A DNA stretch of 64,000 bases from an uncultured delta proteobacterium (GTDB lineage: Bacteria; Desulfobacterota; RBG-13-43-22). A program made the translations under genes and the position numbers. The stretch lies in assembly GCA_963790475.1 (NCBI GenBank), contig CAWBOS010000012.1:448001-512000 (forward strand), given 5' to 3'. Below are positions 18,807 to 27,428 of the stretch, piece by piece; the stretch's first letter is position 1, and every line of letters starts with the position of its first letter. The notes beneath the pieces are model-generated. The model saw only the letters and a program-made list of their open reading frames with translations, was not told the DNA's origin and searched no databases.

Positions 18807-18951
18807 TGTGGGGCTCCAGCCACTATCTTATTATAATTGTTCTTAATACTTTGTTAATTAAAAATAAATAAAAACCGATCAAAAATCAAGAAAAAAGGAA
18901 ACGATGGCTTTTTCTTCAAAATGGTCTCAATGACCCGGTAAATAGTTTTAT

Positions 18952-19955
18952 CTGGGGTATTCACTTGACTAAGGTTACCCCAACATATAGTAATGGGGCG
19001 TGGAATCGTACCCCAAAAGTTTGACTGAATTTTAGTCTTGGTTTTCTTCGGAACAAGATTGTCGAGACTACCTTTATCGTTTGAGATGGCCGGAAGGCTT
19101 TATCTGTCCACGATGTGGGAACCCGGAAGCCTGGCCAATTGGTACTATGTTGTTCGAGTGTTCCGGTTGCCACTATCAGTTGTCGGTTGTAGCGGGAACA
19201 ATTTTTCAAGATACCCACAAGCCGTTGATGGTGTGGTTTAGGGCGATATGGTGGGTAACTGGACAAAAAAATGGAGCCAGCGCTCTGGGCCTTAAACGCA
19301 TCCTTGGTCTGGGAAGCTATCGCACGGCCTGGACCTGGTTGCACAAACTGCGTCGGGCCATGGTCCGTCCTGACCGGGACTGCTTGTCTGGTATTATTGA
19401 AGTAGATGAAACCGTTATTGGCGGAGAGAAACCTGGTAAACGAGGTCGTGGGGCGGCCGGTAAGGTACTCGTAGGTATCGCAGTCGAAGACAAGGGAGAT
19501 GACGGCGTTGGGCGAATTCGTCTTGGTATTCTTCCGGATGCCTCTGCAAACAGTCTCAACGCCTTTATTAAGGAAAGAGTCACGGGAGGAAGTACCATTC
19601 GAACCGACGATTGGCTTGGCTACAGCAAATTGGATTCTGTTGGTTATCGGCACGTCACTATTAAAAATACTGAATTGAAGCTTGCTCACTTGGTAGTATC
19701 TCTTCTGAAACGTTGGCTTCTGGGTACCCATCAAGGTGCAGTCAGTCATGAGCATTTAGCCTACTATTTGGATGAGTATGTTTTTAGATTCAATCGCCGA
19801 ACTTCGACTCACCGCGGCAAATTATTTATGCGCCTCCTGGAAAATGCTGTACAAATCGGACCGGTCACCCAATGTCAGATCATTCAGCATGTTAGAGGAC
19901 GCAAACCCAAAGAACACAACATATAGGGAATACCTTAGTCAAGTGAATACCCCAG
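18952..19955 (+). mobile_element. IS1595-family insertion sequence, copy 1
   Basis: 24-bp perfect TIR CTGGGGTATTCACTTGACTAAGGT; flanking 10-bp direct repeat ATAGTTTTAT (18942-18951, 19956-19965). Confidence 0.95.
19000..19926 (+). pseudogene. IS1595 transposase with nonsense mutation at codon 12
   Basis: TAG at 19033-19035 where copy 2 has GAG; Zn ribbon CPRC...CSGC, EVDE, TDDW, YLDEYVFRFNRR. Confidence 0.9.
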
Positions 19956-20267
19956 ATAGTTTTATATTCCTTTTTGCTGGCCTCATTGATGAGTGGGTTT
20001 CTTATTTATTCTTCACCTGGTTAATCTGAATCCCTCCTCCTTTTGCTAAAGGGAAGAAAAAATGCTGACGCATCAGCCAATGAAATGTCAGCAAGGGGGA
20101 AGACGTTGGAAACCGGAGGGCAGTTCTAACACGTCCAGACACAGCAAGAAAAGGATACTCTTTCTTGCCTACGGAAAACCTTTTTCTATTGACGGTGGCC
20201 TTTTAATGGGTAACCCTTTTCTCTCTTCTCTTCCTATTCTTCTTGGATATATACCCTGTCTTACGAG

Positions 20268-20474
20268 TTAGAGACGTTCCAATGGCATTGTCATGCAATG
20301 TGGGCCACCATTCCACCGAACCAATTCGTGACCTGGTAAAATAGTAACATCGATATTCAATTTTCGCAACGCATCTAGAGTGTGGACATTCTGATCATAC
20401 GCAATCACTTTGCCTGGCTTTGTAGCTATAATGTTGGCAGCCTGAAATATCAACTCTCTTAATACTCGTTCCAC
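20268..20474 (-). pseudogene. C-terminal fragment of arginine deiminase/amidinotransferase family gene
   Basis: AANIIATKPGKVIAYDQN...GHELVRWNGGPHCMTMPLER catalytic Cys motif; 5' part absent. Confidence 0.75.
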
Positions 20475-20705
20475 AATGTATTTAAAATTATCCCCATCGG
20501 GCAGACCTTCGGGGGATGCCCACCAACATAAATAATCTCAAATCCTTCTTTTTCCAAATAATCAATAAGCTTTATGCCGGTCACAGTTCTATCAAGCTCG
20601 CCGGTCCCAGCCTTATAGCGATTAATACGACCAATATCCTAAGACTGTTAGCGACTTTTTTTGCATTGTCCTTGTTAATCCCAAATAAATTGCCAAGACC
20701 TGAGA

Positions 20706-20861
20706 TTATTTTTGTAAGGGGATCATTTCCAATGTACTTCGATTCAAGGAAGTAAGGTACTTGTCGGGTGTCGTAGCGCCTTTATTCGCCCCGGCGCCCA
20801 AAAAAAGGACAACACGACCTTGCCTAACTTGATTAATTAGATACGGTGGTAAATCCAACAT
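20706..20861 (-). pseudogene. N-terminal fragment of SIR2-like domain protein
   Basis: 51-codon ORF MLDLPPYLINQVRQGRVVLFLGAGANKGATTPDK..., with the sirtuin VLFxGAG motif, then unrelated sequence. Confidence 0.6.
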
Positions 20862-21255
20862 TCCCCCTTAAGGGTAAACCATTTTTGAAAGGGGATCAAA
20901 TTTGCTCTTGGTGCTTTCTTTTTAGAAGCAAAGAAATAAACGTGTTAAAAAAGACAGAAAACCTATTAGTTCGGAATTTAGAAATATCTGCTCAGCTATC
21001 ACTTCAACCGGCAATTGAGCCCGGTAACCTGTTCCATCAAGCAAGAAAATGCTAACTTCACAAATTACTGGTGAAGGGATTTTTGAAAAGACAGGTACCC
21101 AGGAAGATTGGGTAACATTATGTTTATAAAGGAGAAAAATATGGAAGTCAACTAATTTCTTATTTTGCTAAATTGCGCTTGAAGTTTACCGCCATTTGTT
21201 TAATGATATGGACCTTAAAAGGCAACAAGGAAAACAACAGAGGTATAAAAAAATA

Positions 21256-21302
21256 GTGTTCGGTGTTCGGTGTTCGGCGTTCGGCGAAAATCGATTTTCA
21301 TG
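21256..21302. repeat. heptamer tandem repeat (G(T/C)GTTCG)x4
   Basis: GTGTTCG GTGTTCG GTGTTCG GCGTTCG GCGAAAATCGATTTTCATG; related copies near 43, 27305 and 43180. Confidence 0.75.
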
Positions 21303-21377
21303 TTTCGAGCTACCCAGGCGGGGCATTGAGGTTTAATAAGAGGATACCCTGACCATTGTTCCAATGATTGATAATTT

Positions 21378-22523
21378 ATGACCCTTTATTTAGATAATGC
21401 CGCATCGTCCCATCCCAAACCGGAACAGGTCTATCGGGCGTCTGATGATGCCCTGAGAAATATCGGGGCCAACCCCGGCCGCTCCGGGCACAAATTGGCC
21501 ATGAAAGCCAGTCAAAAGATTGCCCAGACCCGAAGTCTTCTGGCCCGGTTCTTCGAAATCAACGACCCCAGACGGATTGTCTTTACGGCCAACGCCACCG
21601 AGGCGATTAATCTCGGATTAAAAGGGCTCTTATATCCGGGAGATCATGTCATCACTTCTTCCATGGAACATAACTCGGTGGTCCGTCCCCTTCGGTTTTT
21701 AGAATCCCAGGGGATCGACCTTACTTTTGTCCCCGGCAACGCTCACGGACAAATTGAAATTCAGGCCATTGAAAAAGCCATACGGAAGAATACGCGCCTG
21801 CTCGTCCTGACCCATGCCTCCAATGTTACCGGGGGGATCATGCCCATCAGCGAAGCCGCCGTGTTGGCGCATAAGTATGGGTTCTTTTTGATGGTGGATG
21901 CAGCCCAGACTGCCGGCCTCGTTCCTATTTCGGTAGTCGATATGGGGATCGACCTCCTGGCGGCTCCGGGTCATAAAGGACTACTGGGACCGCAAGGCAC
22001 CGGGTTCTTATATATAGGTCCGGATATCTCTCTTCGCCCTTTAAAAGAAGGGGGTACGGGCAGTCAATCGGAATTGGAATGCCAACCTGATTTTTTACCC
22101 GACCGGATGGAATCGGGCACCTTGAATACCCCCGGTCTGGCCGGATTGGGGGCTGGGGTGGAATTTTTGCTCCAAGAGGGTTTGGAATTAATTAAGGAGA
22201 AAGAAATTCTCTTGAGCAGGATGATCTGGGATGGACTAAAAGAAAATCACAAAATCCGGTTATACGGTCCCGAAAAGGCGGAAGACCGCACCTCGACCAT
22301 TTCATTTACTATCGCCGGACTGAATCCCTCGGCTACGGCGTCCATCCTGGACACGGCCTATGACATTGCCGTCCGGGCCGGGTTGCATTGTGCGGTACTG
22401 GCCCATCGGACCCTCAACACCCTTCCCGAAGGAACAGTTAGGGTCAGTCCGGGGTTTTTCAATACCGAAAAGGAAATAGATTTTTTTCTGGAGGCCATCC
22501 GGGGAATTACAAAAAAGGTTTGA
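21378..22523 (+). CDS. cysteine desulfurase/selenocysteine lyase family protein (class V aminotransferase)
   Basis: YLDNAASSHPKP, NPGRSGH, EHNSV, DAAQTAG, PGHKGLLGPQGTG, GGTGSQS, RAGLHCA. Confidence 0.92.
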   Translation: MTLYLDNAASSHPKPEQVYRASDDALRNIGANPGRSGHKLAMKASQKIAQTRSLLARFFEINDPRRIVFTANATEAINLGLKGLLYPGDHVITSSMEHNSVVRPLRFLESQGIDLTFVPGNAHGQIEIQAIEKAIRKNTRLLVLTHASNVTGGIMPISEAAVLAHKYGFFLMVDAAQTAGLVPISVVDMGIDLLAAPGHKGLLGPQGTGFLYIGPDISLRPLKEGGTGSQSELECQPDFLPDRMESGTLNTPGLAGLGAGVEFLLQEGLELIKEKEILLSRMIWDGLKENHKIRLYGPEKAEDRTSTISFTIAGLNPSATASILDTAYDIAVRAGLHCAVLAHRTLNTLPEGTVRVSPGFFNTEKEIDFFLEAIRGITKKV

Positions 22524-22574
22524 GTTTATAATAGTTGAACAGGTGTAACAGATTTGTTTTTCGAAACAAATGTT

Positions 22575-22769
22575 TTCACCGCAAAGACGCAGAGAACGCA
22601 AAGAAGAATTTTTATTGATTGCCGGTGAGGGGCCGGCAATCAATAAGCTTCGCTACCCTCCGGGGAATTAATTGGCCGGGGGCTAGAGTTGTTTTGTTCA
22701 ATTCCGCCTCTCCCGGAATTGAACAAATAATATGATTCTCTCTGCGTTCTTTACGTCTTTGCGGTGAAC
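22575..22769. repeat. palindromic element with 9-mer-repeat inverted arms and internal hairpins
   Basis: TTCACCGCAAAGACGCAGAGAACGCAAAGA ... TCTCTGCGTTCTTTACGTCTTTGCGGTGAA; inner TTATTGATTGCCGG..CCGGCAATCAATAA and TTGTTCAATTCCG..CGGAATTGAACAA stems. Confidence 0.85.
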
Positions 22770-22817
22770 AAAAACTCTTCTTTAAAATAGTTACAGACTT
22801 ACGAAAAGGTAATTTTT

Positions 22818-23438
22818 ATGCTCATTCAAGCTATTTTCCTGACGGTTGTCGCCTACCTGGTGGGTTCCATTTCTACCGGTGTGGTCCTTTCCAAAATATT
22901 CGGCCAGGGCAATCTGCAGGCCGAAGGCAGTAAAAATATCGGGGCTACTAATGTCTCCCGCTTGATGGGTATGAAATGGGGAATCCTGACTCTGGTGGGG
23001 GATACGCTAAAAGGGATGCTGGTGGTCTGGGTAGGCCAATGGGTCTTTGCCGGTGAAGGAAATCAGGGGGTTCTTTTTATTGCGCTCATGGCCCTGGCCG
23101 TCTTTTTGGGCCATATTTTTCCGGTCTTTCTGGGTTTTAAAGGGGGAAAGGGCGTAGCCACTGCCTTGGGAATTTTTCTTCTCCTGGGCCCCAAAGCCAT
23201 CCTGGTGGCCCTTCTTCTTTTTATTCTGGTTGTCCTGCTGGGGAAATATGTCTCCCTGGGGTCTATCGTGGCCGCCGGTTTATTCCCTGTGGTGATGTAT
23301 TTTTTCCATTACAACAGGAACGTCGTCTTCCTGTCCATCGCCATTGCCGCCGTCATTATTCTCAAACACAAAGCCAATATCCTGCGCTTGATCAAAGGGG
23401 AAGAAAAACCCTGGCGATCCCCAAAAAAGGCCGCTTGA
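22818..23438 (+). CDS. plsY: glycerol-3-phosphate acyltransferase
   Basis: YLVGSI, GSKNIGATNVSR, GHIFPVFLGFKGGKGVAT, KHKANILRL. Confidence 0.95.
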   Translation: MLIQAIFLTVVAYLVGSISTGVVLSKIFGQGNLQAEGSKNIGATNVSRLMGMKWGILTLVGDTLKGMLVVWVGQWVFAGEGNQGVLFIALMALAVFLGHIFPVFLGFKGGKGVATALGIFLLLGPKAILVALLLFILVVLLGKYVSLGSIVAAGLFPVVMYFFHYNRNVVFLSIAIAAVIILKHKANILRLIKGEEKPWRSPKKAA

Positions 23439-23503
23439 GGCGCCCTATCCCCTTTTTTGCCTTGAATAGTTCGAACGATCCTTAGATAGGATTATTAATC
23501 ATA

Positions 23504-24886
23504 TCATAGTACGGTTTTGTTTTTCCATCTCCCAAGGCGGAAATAAATAATGTAGGCCACCGCGCCGAACAATTGAGTGAGCACCATTGCCCAACGGATG
23601 CCGTAGACCCCAAGGTCAGTGATGTGCGGCAAAAGGGTGGCTGCCGGAAGCAATAAAGTCCAGGTGCAGAGAATACTGATCACCATGGGGGGCATAGTAT
23701 CACCGCTCCCGGAAATCGAATTCTGCAAGCTGGCAATAAATCCGGTCATCAGGTAACCGATGGAGGCAATTCTCATAAAGTTCGCTCCCAACCGTATCAG
23801 TTCAGTTTCGGCGGTGAATATGCGCATCAGGTTCGACGCCCCAAGAAAAACAGCGACGGCGCAAAGGGCCATAAAACCTTCCATTAGAGCAGTAGCGATC
23901 CAACCGGTGCGTTCGGCGCGATTCGGTTGCTGCGCCCCCAGGTTCTGTCCCACCAGGACTCCGGCACCGGCCCCGAGACCAAATCCGGGCATGAAGACAA
24001 ACATTTCCACTTGTTGGTTTAGGGTGTGGCCGGCTACGGCCAGTGTGCCAAAGGGTACGATGATTTTCATCAATACCGTCTGACCCAAATTAGACTGGAT
24101 ACCCATAACCAGGGACGGCAGGCCGATCTTGACCATTTGCCAGATGTTTTCCATATCCAGCCGGAATCCTTTAAGGGTCAGTCTGAGTCGCGACTTTTCA
24201 CCCAGGAAAAGAATCCACACGGAAATGACCATCCCCAGGCTTTGCCCGATGAGCATGGCCAGGGCCGCGCCCTGAACCCCGAGCCTGGGGAAAAACCACC
24301 AGCCGAAGACCAAGAAGGGGCTTAAGACCAGTTGAACACAACGAGTGAACAGGTGGATAAACATGGGGGTGGTGGCGTCTCCCGAGGCCTGCATGATGTT
24401 GAAAGCCAATAACCACAGAGAATAAAAAACCCACCCGCTGAACAGCATGCGCATATAGGCAGTGCCCAGAGCAGCTACTTCCGGTCGCAGTTTGAACAGG
24501 CCCATTATCTTATCGGGAAAGATCAGCCCCAGGGCACTGAAGAATATCCCAAAAATGAGGCTGACCACAAAGGCCTGGGTCCCGAGATGGTTCGCTCTTT
24601 GAAAATCCCCTTTGCCGATGGCCCGGGCAATCATGGCCCTGGACCCGGCGACCAGGCCCATCTTGGCCGACACCACCAGCATATGAACGATAAAAGCCGT
24701 GCCCACGCCGGCCACGGCCGCCGACCCCAGTCTTCCAATCCATATCATGTCCACCGCTTGACCGACCATGAAGAGCGCATAATGCACCATGATAGGCCAG
24801 GATAGGGACATAAGATTGCCAGTGACACTGCCTCTTACCCAGTCGCGGGGGAGAGCTCGCTGTTTGTCCGCGGCTTGTTTTCTCAC
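23504..24886 (-). CDS. MATE family efflux transporter
   Basis: Many TM segments; VDMIWIGRLGSAAVAGVG, QASGDATTPM, LGVQGAALA, VGQNLGA. Confidence 0.92.
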   Translation of the reverse strand: MRKQAADKQRALPRDWVRGSVTGNLMSLSWPIMVHYALFMVGQAVDMIWIGRLGSAAVAGVGTAFIVHMLVVSAKMGLVAGSRAMIARAIGKGDFQRANHLGTQAFVVSLIFGIFFSALGLIFPDKIMGLFKLRPEVAALGTAYMRMLFSGWVFYSLWLLAFNIMQASGDATTPMFIHLFTRCVQLVLSPFLVFGWWFFPRLGVQGAALAMLIGQSLGMVISVWILFLGEKSRLRLTLKGFRLDMENIWQMVKIGLPSLVMGIQSNLGQTVLMKIIVPFGTLAVAGHTLNQQVEMFVFMPGFGLGAGAGVLVGQNLGAQQPNRAERTGWIATALMEGFMALCAVAVFLGASNLMRIFTAETELIRLGANFMRIASIGYLMTGFIASLQNSISGSGDTMPPMVISILCTWTLLLPAATLLPHITDLGVYGIRWAMVLTQLFGAVAYIIYFRLGRWKNKTVL

Positions 24887-25173
24887 GTCAACCTTTGAAA
24901 AACTTTTGCTGTTGAGGTTCGTGAAAATCTCTCAGCTTTCATCAAACCTGCCCCCTATACCGCACGATAAACTCCAGACAGTATTCGGATTCCAGTTAAA
25001 AGAGGGGATTCCGGCTTTCACCGGGTCGAGTGTGTATTTCAATCTTCTTTTTTAGAAGGAAAACCAGAGATTGTCAAAAAGATTCGGTCAGGATCTTTTT
25101 AACTGGACCAAACCCTTGGTTACAAGGAAAGTTGGGTTAAGGGAAGCTTTCAGAATTTGGAAAATTATTTCAA

Positions 25174-26841
25174 TCACAGAGAAAGATCAGAGCCTTTTTG
25201 TTTTTGAGGACGGATTTCTTTTTCCCGCAGCTTATGGTGATAGGCCAGGGCAAAGCGATGGGCCTCATCGCGCACCCTTTCCAGAAAATGCAGGAGGGGT
25301 GAATCCGAAGTCAATCGAACCGGATTTTTTCTGTTGGGCAGGTAGATGCCGTCTTTGCCTTCCTGGGCTCGAAAGGTCTTTTTGGCCAGGGCCAGGATAT
25401 CCGGTCTTTCTTCGGCAGGGATTTTTTCCAATAAGTCTTTGAGGATATTTAATTGACCTTTTCCCCCGTCCACCAGGATCAGGTCAGGCAGTTTTGGATA
25501 ATGGTCGATCAGCCGTCCGATTATCTCGGCCATCATGGCATAATCATTGGGTTGCTCGATGGTCTTGATCCTGAAACGGCGATAGCTGTTTTTATCCTCT
25601 TGTCCTTTCCGGAATACCACAAAAGAGCCTACGGCCTGGTTCCCCTGGATATTGGATATATCCAAGCCGCCCACGGTCAGGGGGAGAGTTTTCAATCCCA
25701 GCTTTTCCTGTAGAGGTTTGGCTGTTTTTTCCTGGAAATTATCTTCGGGTTCCTTTTTCTCCAGGACACTTCGGCAATTATCTTCGGCCATAGTCATCCA
25801 GCGGCGGCCCTCTCCCCGACTGGGGATCCGGAGTTCAACTTTTTGCCCCTTTGATTCCGAAAGGACTTCTTCCAGAAGAATATGGTCCTGAAGGGAGATC
25901 GGGATCAGGATCGTCTGGGGAATATACTTTTCGCCCTGATAATACTGCTGAATTAAATCGGACAGACATTCATCGGAAGATTGGGCCGGATTCTTGAATC
26001 GAAAACGGGTCATTCCGGTCACCGATCCCAGGCGGACAAAAAGGATGACCACGGCAACGGCTTGATCCTGTTCCATCAGGGCAATGACATCGACATCAAT
26101 AAACCGGGGGGAGACGACCTTTTGCTCTTTCAAGGTTTCGGAAATAGCTAAGATACGATCCCTTAGGACCGCCGCCTCTTCAAACCTCAATTCCTCAGAT
26201 GCCAGGTGCATTTGCTTTTTCAGCTCTTTTAACAAATCTCGATTTCTTCCCTCCAGGAAAAAGACCACCTCCCGAACCCGCCGTTCATATTCCTCCCGAC
26301 TGATTTTGTCATGGCAGGGGCCAGGGCACTTGCCGGTCTGAAAATAAAGACAAGGTCGGGACCGCCGGGGCAGGTCTTTCTGGCGGCATTGGCGCAGCGG
26401 AAAAACACGTTGAAGGTACTCGACCGTGGCCCTCATTTTCCCGGCCGAGGAAAAGGGTCCGAAATAAACAGCCTTGTCTTTCTTGATCCGGCGGACCACT
26501 TGCAGGCGGGGATACGGTTCACTCAAACCGAGTCTCAAGCAGGGGAATTGTTTATCGTCCCGCAGGTCCACGTTGTAGCGGGGGCGATGTTTTTTGATCA
26601 GGTTGCTCTCCAGGATCAAGGCCTCTTTTTCATTGGCGGTGATTATATATTCCAGATTTTCCACCCGTTCCAGCAGGGCAGCGGTTTTAATATTTTCAAT
26701 TTTCAGATAAGAGGTTACCCGCTTTTTTAAATCCTTGGCCTTGCCCACGTAAAGGATCCGGTGTTCCTGGTCCCTCATTAAATACACCCCGGCCTGATGA
26801 GGAAAAGGGGACATGAGCTCTTTTAATTTTTGAAGATCCAT
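25174..26841 (-). CDS. uvrC: excinuclease ABC subunit C lacking the C-terminal HhH domain
   Basis: GIY-YIG (GVYLM...LYVGKAKDLKKRV), UVR FEEAAVLRD, DISNIQG, DLILVDGGKGQL, RVRDEAHRFA. Confidence 0.95.
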   Translation of the reverse strand: MDLQKLKELMSPFPHQAGVYLMRDQEHRILYVGKAKDLKKRVTSYLKIENIKTAALLERVENLEYIITANEKEALILESNLIKKHRPRYNVDLRDDKQFPCLRLGLSEPYPRLQVVRRIKKDKAVYFGPFSSAGKMRATVEYLQRVFPLRQCRQKDLPRRSRPCLYFQTGKCPGPCHDKISREEYERRVREVVFFLEGRNRDLLKELKKQMHLASEELRFEEAAVLRDRILAISETLKEQKVVSPRFIDVDVIALMEQDQAVAVVILFVRLGSVTGMTRFRFKNPAQSSDECLSDLIQQYYQGEKYIPQTILIPISLQDHILLEEVLSESKGQKVELRIPSRGEGRRWMTMAEDNCRSVLEKKEPEDNFQEKTAKPLQEKLGLKTLPLTVGGLDISNIQGNQAVGSFVVFRKGQEDKNSYRRFRIKTIEQPNDYAMMAEIIGRLIDHYPKLPDLILVDGGKGQLNILKDLLEKIPAEERPDILALAKKTFRAQEGKDGIYLPNRKNPVRLTSDSPLLHFLERVRDEAHRFALAYHHKLREKEIRPQKQKGSDLSL

Positions 26842-26899
26842 TTAAGGATAACCGTGAAAAGGTAAGTCTTAATCCATGCGGTCAGGAAAAATTGAAAGA

Positions 26900-27274
26900 T
26901 TATTTGCCCAGAAATCGGGCCAGGTCGGTGAGGTCTCTCTGAATTTCCTGAATTAAGGGGGCCAGACCGGAAGTACCGGTTTTCTCTTCTTCAACGGCCT
27001 GGGGCGTGGTCTTCTTTTCTTCTTTGGAGTGATGGAGCATTTTTTTTCTTGCCCCGGCGATGGTGAATCCTTCCTCGTATAGTAATTTCTTGATCTCGAA
27101 AATGATTTCCACGTCTTTACGGCGATACATGCGCTGATTGGAACCGAAACGGACCGGGCGGATCATCTTGAATTCCGTCTCCCAATAGCGGAGGACATAG
27201 GCTTCCAGTTGGGTCAGGGCGCTCACTTCCCCGATTTTGAAGTACTGTTTGTTGGGAATTCCTTCGGTGTCCAT
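26900..27274 (-). CDS. MerR family transcriptional regulator
   Basis: [13 protein letters not shown]...VLRYWETEF...[14 protein letters not shown]; typically found downstream of pheT-ihfA. Confidence 0.92.
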   Translation of the reverse strand: MDTEGIPNKQYFKIGEVSALTQLEAYVLRYWETEFKMIRPVRFGSNQRMYRRKDVEIIFEIKKLLYEEGFTIAGARKKMLHHSKEEKKTTPQAVEEEKTGTSGLAPLIQEIQRDLTDLARFLGK

Positions 27275-27428
27275 GGAGTCCCCCCTGTTGGAATAGGATC
27301 AAACCGTTCGGCGTTCGTCGAACGATACCGGGACGAACGAAATTTCCTTTTAATTATGAACCCATTGCTTTATGAATTCAATAAAATTAATCTTAAGGGT
27401 TTGGTAACCAATTCCCTTCGGACAGCAA

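Noticed and set aside
18961-19755. 264-aa antisense ORF in both IS copies
   Set aside because: Shadow ORF opposite the transposase with no recognisable motifs
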